Virus record (IMG/VR): IMGVR_UViG_3300043394_000757
Span: 1-35,406 of that record
Strand: one strand, 5' to 3'
DNA length: 35,406 nt
Origin: a virus
Lineage: Duplodnaviria; Caudoviricetes
A program made the translations under genes and the position numbers. Shown here one piece after another: positions 9,110-18,047 of this stretch. Every line of letters starts with the position of its first letter. Positions within the stretch are counted from its first letter, which is position 1. The notes beneath the pieces were generated by a model that had not been told where the DNA came from, searched no databases, and saw nothing but the letters and a program-made list of their open reading frames with translations.

Positions 9110-9931
9110 ATGAGTAAGCTTAAAACATTTGGACAATTCGTTAATGAGTCAGTGAGTTCTCAATTTTCACAATCAGTATTAACTGCATTGGAATCTTCTA
9201 TTTTGGAGATGGTAGAAAACATTAAAAAATGGCTTATTGAAGAGAACGTAAAACGTGGCATCGATTATAAAATCAGTGAGTTTGAGGAAGAGATGATTCG
9301 CTTAAACCTGATTTTTGACATGTTAAAATCATTTGAAAAGTACACAGAACCTACTGATAAATTAGTAACAATTAAAGCAAGTTCAGGTCGAAAAGGTATT
9401 GAAATTAATGCAACTGTTGAACGTGATGGTGTTGAATATCCTTACCATACTGAGGCCATTGGTGCTGGAGGGTTTAATATCCAATCATTTCACTATCGTT
9501 ATTTGACTAAAACTGCTCTTCCAAACGCAAGAACTAAAGGTACTTTGGCAAACGAATATGCTGAACGTATTAAGAAAATGAATAAGGCAGAAAAGTTAAA
9601 CTTTGAAATTAAGAATTCCGAAAGAGATATTGAAAAAATTGATGCTAAACTTGCTGAATTTGATGGAATCACAGATGAAAAGATTGCACAAATTTTAAAA
9701 GATGCAGGTCACTATTCACAGAATCAACCTACATGGGAGCAAATTATTAAAAATGGAGCTGCTAAAAATTTCAACAATTCTGAAGAGGAATATAATGCTA
9801 GAAATAGAGAAACTGCATCAGATGGTATTGCATTCTGGAAAACTCAAAACATTGAATGGCCTACAAAAAGACGTAAAGATCTAGAGAAAAATATTCTTAA
9901 GTTAAAATCTAAACTACAATCAATGATGTAA
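9110..9931 (+). CDS. Hypothetical protein with capsid-targeting-like N-terminus; candidate internal head protein (273 aa)
   Basis: Starts MSKLKTFGQFVNES, similar to T4 internal-protein leaders (MKT[FY].EF..E); central TEAIGAGGFNIQSFHYRYL motif; coiled-coil C-terminal half. Confidence 0.55.
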   Translation: MSKLKTFGQFVNESVSSQFSQSVLTALESSILEMVENIKKWLIEENVKRGIDYKISEFEEEMIRLNLIFDMLKSFEKYTEPTDKLVTIKASSGRKGIEINATVERDGVEYPYHTEAIGAGGFNIQSFHYRYLTKTALPNARTKGTLANEYAERIKKMNKAEKLNFEIKNSERDIEKIDAKLAEFDGITDEKIAQILKDAGHYSQNQPTWEQIIKNGAAKNFNNSEEEYNARNRETASDGIAFWKTQNIEWPTKRRKDLEKNILKLKSKLQSMM

Positions 9932-9936
9932 CTAAA

Positions 9937-10002
9937 CATCAATTTATTATTTTAGATATATACCTTATACGGCAGTATATTTAAAAATAATAAATACAGA
10001 TG
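9937..10002 (+). promoter_or_regulatory. Long hairpin containing the promoter-like GATATATAC (9955-9963) and sequestering the start codon at 10000
   Basis: atttattatttt (9942-9953) pairs perfectly with aaaataataaat (9984-9995); catc (9937-9940) pairs with gatg (9999-10002); inner pairing of 9954-9963 with 9975-9982. Confidence 0.65.
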
Positions 10003-11292
10003 AATAGTATTGGTGATGCTAATATTTTACAAAATGCGCTTGTTGGGGTAGAATTTGAGTTCTATTCAAATTACAGTGCAGAGGAAACCGCTAAAAAAAT
10101 TGGCGAGCTACTTGACAAAAAAATTCATGTTGAGACAAAGGCACATAGTGATTTTGAAGTAACTCAAGATGAGTTTAAAATTGAGCCAGATATGTCAGGT
10201 GGAGCAAAGCTTTTAGAGCTTGTAACCGGAGCTCTTCCATATTTTGCAGCAAGATTAATGATAATCAAGGTAAGCAAATGGATTGAGGAAAATGGTTACA
10301 CAAACGACAGATCTTCTATTCACTTAAATTTATCATTCGATAAATCTAAAATCGAAAACAAATATAGAATATCTAAAATGAATACTCTTAAATTTATTTT
10401 AGATTTTAATGAGGAACAAGTTTTCAAATTGTTTCCTAAGAGAGAAAACTCAGCATACGCAAAATCAATTAAGTTTGTACTTCCAAAGGAGGACACATAC
10501 TTCTTTGATGGTAAATATATCAATCAACAAAATTTCATTTTTCCAGATTCAAAATATTATGGAATTAACTTTGATAAGAGACATAAAAACTATCTGGAAT
10601 TTAGATATGTTGGAGGAGCTGATTGGGAAAAGAAAACATCAAAGGTTCTTTATTTAGTTGATAGCTTTTTAATGCAACTTTGGAAATCAACTGAAAATGC
10701 TGAATTTTCAGAGTTGAATGCAATTGAACTTAAAAGGATAATTTCTGAAAATCAAAGAATCATTGATGCAAGAAGAGATTGGAAGACCATTAAGAAAAAC
10801 TGGAAGGATGTTAAATTCACCGTTGATTTGCAAGATAACCCTAAGGTCGTAGATCTTTATTGGCCAAGTATTAAAGACCGTGTAATGAGATTATTTACAC
10901 ACGGTGAACTTACAAAGGGACATATTAATTATGACTCAGATTCTGGTAAAGTACAAGTAAATTCAGGTAGATTAGAATATTGTGTAGACCTAAATGGTTA
11001 TGAATTTGTTGGATGTTTTTTACGCGGAGAATTTACACAATGTGATATGTACGGATGTGATGTTCATGGTTCAGATATTCATTATTGTAATTTCTACTCA
11101 TCTACTCAAATTAAATCAAGTAAATTAGACTCATCATATGTACATGGGTCTTGTACAGCTGATGATTGTTATGTATATGGCAAAGGAGTATTTAAAGGTA
11201 AAATGATTGGAGGAATCTTTAGAGAAGGTTCTTATGATAAAAAACTTGCAACGTTTGATAACACCGAAATTGTTAAATATAAATTAATATAA
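10000..11292 (+). CDS. Putative amidoligase (COOH-NH2 ligase, Amidoligase_2-like) with C-terminal short-period repeat domain (430 aa)
   Basis: Ordered motifs GVEFEF, IEPD.S, ELVT, SSIHLNLS, KYYGINF, YLEFR typical of glutamine-synthetase-fold amidoligases; C-terminal ~5-residue Cys/Ser repeats (CDMYG CDVHG SDIHY CNFYS). Confidence 0.7.
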   Translation: MNSIGDANILQNALVGVEFEFYSNYSAEETAKKIGELLDKKIHVETKAHSDFEVTQDEFKIEPDMSGGAKLLELVTGALPYFAARLMIIKVSKWIEENGYTNDRSSIHLNLSFDKSKIENKYRISKMNTLKFILDFNEEQVFKLFPKRENSAYAKSIKFVLPKEDTYFFDGKYINQQNFIFPDSKYYGINFDKRHKNYLEFRYVGGADWEKKTSKVLYLVDSFLMQLWKSTENAEFSELNAIELKRIISENQRIIDARRDWKTIKKNWKDVKFTVDLQDNPKVVDLYWPSIKDRVMRLFTHGELTKGHINYDSDSGKVQVNSGRLEYCVDLNGYEFVGCFLRGEFTQCDMYGCDVHGSDIHYCNFYSSTQIKSSKLDSSYVHGSCTADDCYVYGKGVFKGKMIGGIFREGSYDKKLATFDNTEIVKYKLI

Positions 11293-11307
11293 AAATAAAT
11301 AAAAGAA

Positions 11308-12138
11308 ATGAGCGATATAATTATTGGAAATGAGGATTTCTTACAAGACCCAACATGGAGCAGTGATTGTTTTAATACATTTGTAAATGAACTTGCTGAT
11401 GACGTTACAGGTTCATGTATGATTCCTATGAATTTACCAAAAAAGGAAGTTCAAAATATTGTAAAGAATGCAAAGAAATGGTTCTATAAAAATTATGAAT
11501 ATTCTGTTAAAGAGAATTTCTTAGTGTTACCGGTCTCTTTATTCTCATCAAACCATTTTAAGAATAAAAGATCTTTTACTTTGCCTGGTCCGGACCCCTT
11601 AACAGGAGGAAATGAAATATATTCAGTATATGGATTATTTGAAACTGGTTCAAGATGGGGAGGTTCTATGGACATTAATTTTACTCAAGGAGACTTTTCA
11701 ATGGAACGTATTTTAATGGGTGGAATGTATGGTGGTTCAAATACAGGCGCAGCTGCTGAAAATTTGCAATACTATGTAATTAATGAAAGCTTTTATGATT
11801 TGGCTAGGCAAATTATTCAAAATCCAATTAGCTATCATTACAATCAATTAACACATGAGTTAAAATTCACTGGAGAAACTCCTAAAAAGGATGTAATTCT
11901 TGAGGTTTACGAAACTATTCCCGAATGTGCATTATTTGCTGACGAAGCTTTCTTTAGATATTGTGCAGCAAAGGTTAAAATTTCGTTAGGACAGAAATTA
12001 TCTATTTTTGGATTTGCACTTCCTGGTAATATTGAAGTAAATGCTGATGCAATCAAAGGTCTTGGAGAAGAGGAACTTGAAAAAGTTATCGAAGAAATTA
12101 AGACTGATGAAGGCACAGACTGGATGATGCATTCTTAA
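11308..12138 (+). CDS. Neck (head-tail adaptor) protein, T4 gp13-like (276 aa)
   Basis: C-terminal RYCAAKVKISLGQKLSIFGFALPGNIEVNADAIKGLGEEELEKVIEEI matches the gp13 pattern Y..A..K...G..L......LPG.V.ING......G.EE. Confidence 0.75.
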   Translation: MSDIIIGNEDFLQDPTWSSDCFNTFVNELADDVTGSCMIPMNLPKKEVQNIVKNAKKWFYKNYEYSVKENFLVLPVSLFSSNHFKNKRSFTLPGPDPLTGGNEIYSVYGLFETGSRWGGSMDINFTQGDFSMERILMGGMYGGSNTGAAAENLQYYVINESFYDLARQIIQNPISYHYNQLTHELKFTGETPKKDVILEVYETIPECALFADEAFFRYCAAKVKISLGQKLSIFGFALPGNIEVNADAIKGLGEEELEKVIEEIKTDEGTDWMMHS

Positions 12139-12142
12139 ACAA

Positions 12143-12150
12143 ATATATAA
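12143..12150 (+). promoter_or_regulatory. Candidate late-promoter core ATATATAA
   Basis: Exact core in a 16-nt gap, ending 4 nt before the ATG at 12155. Confidence 0.45.
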
Positions 12151-12154
12151 TAAC

Positions 12155-12508
12155 ATGGAACTATATATAAAAGCATTAGGTGACCCTAATTTTGATTTTG
12201 AACAACTACAGGTTGATGAGGAAATTCAGATGATGTTAACTCAGATCGAAACTCTCGTATTTACAGCAAAGGGAGATGTGATGGGAGCACCTGAATTTGG
12301 ATTAAACTTAGAGGATTATGTTTATTCTTTTATGTATAATGACAATATGTTACAGGGATTGGTTTCAAACGCAATTTCAGACTTTATTCCTCTTTCAAGA
12401 AAATATCCAGTACAGGTTAATGTTGAATACACAGCACAATCTGATAGAAACGCAGTCTATATCGATATCACAATAGATAACAGATACGGTATTGGACTAT
12501 ATGTATAA
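12155..12508 (+). CDS. Baseplate wedge / sheath initiator, gp25 (GPW_gp25) family (117 aa)
   Basis: QIETLVFTAKGDVMGAPEFGLNLEDYVY matches the gp25 motif (I..LL.T..GE....P.FG..L...LF); size and position before gp6 fit. Confidence 0.85.
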   Translation: MELYIKALGDPNFDFEQLQVDEEIQMMLTQIETLVFTAKGDVMGAPEFGLNLEDYVYSFMYNDNMLQGLVSNAISDFIPLSRKYPVQVNVEYTAQSDRNAVYIDITIDNRYGIGLYV

Positions 12509-12521
12509 AATATAATTAAAA

Positions 12522-14342
12522 ATGGCAGAATTAAAATTTTTATCAACAGCTAGAATCAAGACCAGTGAAATGCTGGTAGATATTAGAACATATATCAGTA
12601 GAATATATGGTAGAAGTGGAGAGTTATTTACCACCGCTTCTCCATTTGCACAGATTTTAGAAGTACTTACCGAAATTAGTAACTTAGTATTTTTCTATGT
12701 TGAGGATGCAACGGTGGAACAAAATATTTTAACTGCACAAAATTCAGAATCTATATATGGACTTGCAAGATTAGCCGGTCATGATGCATATAGAGGAAGT
12801 TCTGCAATCGGAGAAATTAAAATAAGATTAAACACGAGTGCTTTTACTGAAATTGCTGGAGATGCGATTAATATTCCTGCAAACTCAGTAATTAAGGCAA
12901 GAAAAAATGGATTACAATATATTTTAAAAACAAATACTGAGCAGTTTAGAATTGAAAAAAGCAATCCAAATTACATCTATATTCCAGTTATTCAAGGTAA
13001 AATTGAAAAGCAAACTGTGACTGGAACTGGTGAACATTTACAATCTTTTAACATTTCAATTAAAGGAAATACAGATAATGATTCAATAAAGGTAATTGTT
13101 AATGGAGAGCCATGGACAAAGTATGATTCTTTGTATGATATGAAAACTGACACTAAAGGTTATTTAGTAAAAACTGGAATTACAGGTGGACTTGACATTT
13201 ATTTTGGAAATGGTTCATTTGGTATTATTCCAATTGAAGGTGCAACCATTGAAGTTGAATATTTAATTTCAAATGGATCTAATGGAAATTTAACAGGAAT
13301 GAAAGATCTTTTATTTACTTTTGAAACTGAAGGATTTGATTCATTAGGTAATTCATATAATCTAAATAAATTATTGGAATCTTCATTTACCGTTGCGCCT
13401 TCGATGGGTTCAGATCCTGAACCTGTTGAATTAACTAAGTTAATTGCACCTTTACAGAGCCACTCATTTGTGCTAGCAACCCCTGATAATTATGAGGCAT
13501 TCTTATCAAAGTATGGTATGTTTTCATATCTTGATGCATATAACACCACGGATGATGGATTTATTGATGATGACAATGTAATTTACCTGTTCATGTTACC
13601 TGATACTGCAAGAAAGCTTTCCAAAAACAATGATTACTTTAATCTTAATCAAGAAGAGTTTTTCTTTTCAGAAGAAGAGAACAATGCAATTCTTAGAACT
13701 TTAGAAAATTCAGGTAGACAAATGGTTACAACTGAAGTAAAAATCGTTAAGCCGAAGGTTCAATACTTTAGAATGGACATTAAAGTAAGATATTTTGAAG
13801 GATATAATAAGACTAATTTATATACTGAGGTTCGTTCTAAAATTTCTAATTATTTAATTAATATCACTCGAAGAGATCGTTTACCAAAATCAGATATCAT
13901 TGCACTTTTAGAAGGTATTGATGGTATCGATTCTGTGAATGTTAGATTTGTTTCTGAGGCTGAGGAAACAGCGCGCAGAAATGGTTATTATATTTCTGAA
14001 ACAGTTACTGTTACTCCAAGCACACCAGTCCTTGAAGAGATTGGAAATGGAAAACAAAAGTATGTATTCTTTAAAAGAACCGTACAGCAAAAGAAAATAA
14101 ACTTTGAACCGAATGCAGCATTACCTGAGAGTGTAATTAATTTAGACTCATTTGGAGACATTATTTTAGACAAAGAAGAGGTTGCACTATTTAGAGGAGG
14201 ATGGAAAGACAGAGATGGAGTTCCAGTTCCTGACGATGCCAAAATAGGTGAGATGGCTGCATTATCAGTGTATTTCGATGAACCAGCAGTACCTAATACG
14301 ATTTTTAATAAAATCCAAACTCAAAATAGAAGAGTATTGTAA
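12522..14342 (+). CDS. Baseplate wedge protein, T4 gp6 / baseplate J-like (606 aa)
   Basis: EQNILTAQ..ESIYGLARLAGH....SSA; IYFGNGSFGIIP...IEVEYLISNGSNGN; GSDPE...K..AP...ATPDNYEAF; LLEGIDGIDSV are gp6/J hallmarks. Confidence 0.85.
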   Translation: MAELKFLSTARIKTSEMLVDIRTYISRIYGRSGELFTTASPFAQILEVLTEISNLVFFYVEDATVEQNILTAQNSESIYGLARLAGHDAYRGSSAIGEIKIRLNTSAFTEIAGDAINIPANSVIKARKNGLQYILKTNTEQFRIEKSNPNYIYIPVIQGKIEKQTVTGTGEHLQSFNISIKGNTDNDSIKVIVNGEPWTKYDSLYDMKTDTKGYLVKTGITGGLDIYFGNGSFGIIPIEGATIEVEYLISNGSNGNLTGMKDLLFTFETEGFDSLGNSYNLNKLLESSFTVAPSMGSDPEPVELTKLIAPLQSHSFVLATPDNYEAFLSKYGMFSYLDAYNTTDDGFIDDDNVIYLFMLPDTARKLSKNNDYFNLNQEEFFFSEEENNAILRTLENSGRQMVTTEVKIVKPKVQYFRMDIKVRYFEGYNKTNLYTEVRSKISNYLINITRRDRLPKSDIIALLEGIDGIDSVNVRFVSEAEETARRNGYYISETVTVTPSTPVLEEIGNGKQKYVFFKRTVQQKKINFEPNAALPESVINLDSFGDIILDKEEVALFRGGWKDRDGVPVPDDAKIGEMAALSVYFDEPAVPNTIFNKIQTQNRRVL

Positions 14343-14611
14343 TGGACATATTAAGCAATTTATTTAAAGTAAGAAAGCGTAAGGCTTATGATGTTAAACT
14401 TACTGCAGTAGATGATAGAAAGAATCTGGGAAATAATTATCGCGTAAATATTTTGTCAAATTCGATATCAAAATATATACAAAGAAACGACATGATGAAC
14501 GATTTTATAATCATGATTCAGCACGTTGTGGCCGATTGGGTTGATTCTGTTGGTTATTTAAAATCATATAAATCCTTTACTGTCAAAAAAGGAGATAAAA
14601 AATTTAACTAA
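14342..14611 (+). CDS. Small hypothetical baseplate-associated protein (89 aa)
   Basis: Fills the gap between the gp6-like and gp7-like genes exactly; TAATG overlap upstream, 2-nt gap downstream; amphipathic helix. Confidence 0.65.
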   Translation: MDILSNLFKVRKRKAYDVKLTAVDDRKNLGNNYRVNILSNSISKYIQRNDMMNDFIIMIQHVVADWVDSVGYLKSYKSFTVKKGDKKFN

Positions 14612-14613
14612 GA

Positions 14614-17466
14614 ATGGCATATACTAAATTAAGATTTTTTGATAGTCAATCAAATGACTTAAACCTTCTGTATAATTCTGAAAAGGAAATATGGGAGGGT
14701 ATTTGTTTTTTGCCTAAAGTATCGACTGGCCTTTATGAAACTTTAACAATTTACATTTTAGAAGAGGTACAAGGATCTCTTGGTAATACTAAATACATTA
14801 CGCCAGTTTCGGAAAATGTAGGTGTAAGTTCTTTTAAATTTAAATTTTTTAGTGGTTACGATTACAGTGAAGACATTTTTATTTATGATGCAGCTGATGT
14901 AAATGGCAGATTAGAAATTGAAAAGAAAGATGAGATTTCTTTTAATTTACTTGACTCATCAAATTCAATTGGATTAAATTCAAATGGATTTAAAATAATC
15001 AATTCGAATTTATCAATGGTTCCTTTAAAATGCAATATTGCATTAATGAGCCAGGAGGAAAATTATCATACAAGATTATTAGATATTTCAGAAATAGATG
15101 CAAATGGAAACGAAACGTTGATTGCAACTATTAGAATATATGGTGAAACTGAGGGTGAAGACGAAAGACTTGGAGTTTTATTGTCAAACATTGGAATGAC
15201 ACTTACACCAGAAGATTACTTAATTATTAAGGATTCTGACATTAAAGAATTTTCTCCAGACTGGATTCTTATGAATCAAAAGAGAAAGGAGTTATTGTTA
15301 CAGGCTTCTCAGATTAAACCATTTGTTGGAACCTATAAAGCAATCTTAAATGCGATTGACTTTTTTGGCTATAACAAAATTACACTTAAAGAATATTGGC
15401 TGAATATCAATGAGCAGTCTGAAAACTTTGGAAAGTTAAAAGCAATCGCTGTTCCAAACCAAGATACTGTTGGATTTTTAGCAGACAAAAATAAAGGGCA
15501 AGAACTTCCAAGTTCAAACCTTAAAAAGACAAGCAGATTCTCACTTGTTTATCGATTAAACGAGGCCGATGGAAATGTTGACGAATGGGATATTCCTACG
15601 GTTCAAGAATCTATTGACTATTCTCCTGAAGAGGTTTTAATCAAATTATATGGTTTAAAAAATAAACTACAAAAGAATTACTTACCGTTACAGGCAAAAA
15701 TTGTCGATATCACTGGAGAAGGAGATTACTTTTCACAATTTAATCAAAACGTTTGGAATAACCAACATTCGATTAAAGTTCAAAATGCAGGTGTTGAGGT
15801 TGCATTTAGTAAGTTTCCAGAGAAGAGACAATTATTTATTGAAGATTTAAGAAAGGTTGATTATAGACTTACTGGAATCAATCAAGATTTTAATGCACTA
15901 AGTGAACTTGACAGAGAGGAAATTATCACATCAATCAAAGATTTCTATAGTGGATATTACGATGCTGACATGTCTACCTATAATACATTGACTGGTATAC
16001 CAGTTGGATGCCCAGTTATCTTAAATGCAGAATCATTCATAGATACATGGGACTCTGCACAATTCACTTACATGGATGCAGGTAAAGAATATGCACCATA
16101 TAATTTCTATGGTGATTTTCCAGCACATCCAACAAATTCATTGTTAAATTATTATGATTTTTTATATAATAATAATGAATATGACCATTTACAGTGGAAT
16201 AACTGGTGGAAACAGAATATTTATGAAATGGAATGGATTGTTTCAGGACCTAATGGATATTTAAAAACATTTAAAGGAGACATTGGTTATTGGGACAATG
16301 CTGGAGAATTTCACCCAGGTTACCAACAATTTCCAATAGTATTACCATATATTGGAAATTACTCAGTTGAATTATCAGTTTATGACCTATATAATTTTAG
16401 AAGCACTTATAGAGCACAGGATTATATTGAAGTAAAAAGCAAAAATGTTGAGGTGTATGGATTGTTTCAAAGAATGTTACCAAAATTAAATTGGAATCAA
16501 TACAAATATTCATGGAATACCGCTGGAAGCGATTGGGATTGGTCTAGAGAAAACACTGCACAATTGGATAGTATTATAGCAACATACTATTTAACATTAG
16601 ATAGAGCAAATTATGTGCATGATGGTGATGATGGTATGGAATTCTCAACAGTTCGTAGATATTTAGATAATTCAACTACTTCTGGATTTAATGAAACACC
16701 GGGTCCATACCAATGGAAAGAGTTGAAAACCCATACTTGGAACGATGGTGAATTGGTAAACTGGGATATGATGCGAGTTGGTCCAGACATTAACTCTTCA
16801 TTTAAGTTTGATGTTAGACAAAGCGAAGGTTATTCAAATGGATATACAATGTTTATTAAGCAAATGGACCCTGTAACCAATATTGAAGTAACAGACACAT
16901 ACCAAATTACAACAACATATCCAACGGATGAGAGTGATTTGCAGGCATGGATAGATATTGCAGATGAATTAACATCATTAGATCCAATATCGCATCCTCT
17001 TTTTGCTAAATTTAATTTTAATCCTGTTTTGGCTGACGATGACAATGATGGTGTTGAGGATTCATGTTACTACATTTTAGCAGTTGGAGAAGAACCTTCA
17101 AGAACTCATGATTTTTCTGCAGTTGGATTTAATAATGCAAATGGTGGTATTATAGTTCCAGATTCTGAAATACATTTTACAAGCTACAATCCAGATTTTA
17201 ATGATATATGCATTGTTGATTCACATATGGAAGTTCCAATGTTAAACCATTTAACTTTCTCATATGATGTTTCTAAAATGCCAGGTATTGTTTCTCAAAA
17301 ATGGAGGCTAAAAAATAATAGCCAAGATGTAGATGATATATATTATAGTAATATGTGGTTGACTTACCTATTCAAATATAAAGGAGATTACACAATTGAA
17401 TTAGAGTTAACTGATGTTAATGGAAATAAAAACAAAATAAACAAAAATATATTAAAAATTATTTAA
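14614..17466 (+). CDS. Baseplate wedge protein, gp7 / P2 gpI-like, with PKD-like domains (950 aa)
   Basis: RKELLLQASQIKPFVGTYKAILNAIDFFGY resembles the KGT..AI.....FG motif of gp7/gpI; two PKD-like endings (YIGNYSVELSVYD, YKGDYTIELELTDVNGN); follows gp25-gp6. Confidence 0.55.
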   Translation: MAYTKLRFFDSQSNDLNLLYNSEKEIWEGICFLPKVSTGLYETLTIYILEEVQGSLGNTKYITPVSENVGVSSFKFKFFSGYDYSEDIFIYDAADVNGRLEIEKKDEISFNLLDSSNSIGLNSNGFKIINSNLSMVPLKCNIALMSQEENYHTRLLDISEIDANGNETLIATIRIYGETEGEDERLGVLLSNIGMTLTPEDYLIIKDSDIKEFSPDWILMNQKRKELLLQASQIKPFVGTYKAILNAIDFFGYNKITLKEYWLNINEQSENFGKLKAIAVPNQDTVGFLADKNKGQELPSSNLKKTSRFSLVYRLNEADGNVDEWDIPTVQESIDYSPEEVLIKLYGLKNKLQKNYLPLQAKIVDITGEGDYFSQFNQNVWNNQHSIKVQNAGVEVAFSKFPEKRQLFIEDLRKVDYRLTGINQDFNALSELDREEIITSIKDFYSGYYDADMSTYNTLTGIPVGCPVILNAESFIDTWDSAQFTYMDAGKEYAPYNFYGDFPAHPTNSLLNYYDFLYNNNEYDHLQWNNWWKQNIYEMEWIVSGPNGYLKTFKGDIGYWDNAGEFHPGYQQFPIVLPYIGNYSVELSVYDLYNFRSTYRAQDYIEVKSKNVEVYGLFQRMLPKLNWNQYKYSWNTAGSDWDWSRENTAQLDSIIATYYLTLDRANYVHDGDDGMEFSTVRRYLDNSTTSGFNETPGPYQWKELKTHTWNDGELVNWDMMRVGPDINSSFKFDVRQSEGYSNGYTMFIKQMDPVTNIEVTDTYQITTTYPTDESDLQAWIDIADELTSLDPISHPLFAKFNFNPVLADDDNDGVEDSCYYILAVGEEPSRTHDFSAVGFNNANGGIIVPDSEIHFTSYNPDFNDICIVDSHMEVPMLNHLTFSYDVSKMPGIVSQKWRLKNNSQDVDDIYYSNMWLTYLFKYKGDYTIELELTDVNGNKNKINKNILKII

Positions 17467-17467
17467 A

Positions 17468-18028
17468 ATGGCAAGTATAACAACCATATTAGGAACAGAT
17501 AGCGTTTCATCTTCAAGAATCGTAATCAACAATAATTTCAATGCAATTAATACTGAGTTAGGTACAATTACATCGTTATTGAATGTTGCCAACCAAACTT
17601 TATCTTTAAATGGTGAAGTTAAGGGTGGAACATTAAGAGCAAACAATGGTACTATTGACACATTCAAAGTTACAGCAACTACGATTGAAGCAAATTTAGA
17701 GGCTACTTTTAATCAAAAAGTAACTTTAGAAAATGCATTGGTACAAAAATTAGAGGATGGGGTAACTGCGTTCCCTACGACTTATGCAGCATCAACATAT
17801 ATTTTAGATGCAGCATCTTTTGGATCTGCAATTGCTCTTCCAGCTGCTGACAATGGTCAAGAGCTTACTTTTATCGCTGATGGTGGTATTATTACATTTG
17901 ATGTAACAAATATCGCAGCAGCAACTGTTGTAGAATTAGCAGATGGTGGTTCAATCACTTTTAAATATTCAACAACAAACTCGTTATTCTATGTAGTTTC
18001 AGCAATGAATGCTACTGTAACTTACTAA
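17468..18028 (+). CDS. Short fibre/baseplate attachment protein (186 aa)
   Basis: N-terminal ITTILGTD...SRIVINNNFNAINTEL is the D......KIN.NF..L trimer anchor of gp9/gp10-like and fibre proteins; Thr/Ala-rich beta C-terminus. Confidence 0.55.
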   Translation: MASITTILGTDSVSSSRIVINNNFNAINTELGTITSLLNVANQTLSLNGEVKGGTLRANNGTIDTFKVTATTIEANLEATFNQKVTLENALVQKLEDGVTAFPTTYAASTYILDAASFGSAIALPAADNGQELTFIADGGIITFDVTNIAAATVVELADGGSITFKYSTTNSLFYVVSAMNATVTY

Positions 18029-18047
18029 TAAAACATTTAAACAATAG

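Noticed and set aside
1879-14342. Bacterial contractile injection system (eCIS/T6SS/tailocin) instead of a phage
   Set aside because: A gp13-like neck gene and capsid-targeting-like leader imply a head; T4-type gp6 and no bacterial housekeeping context
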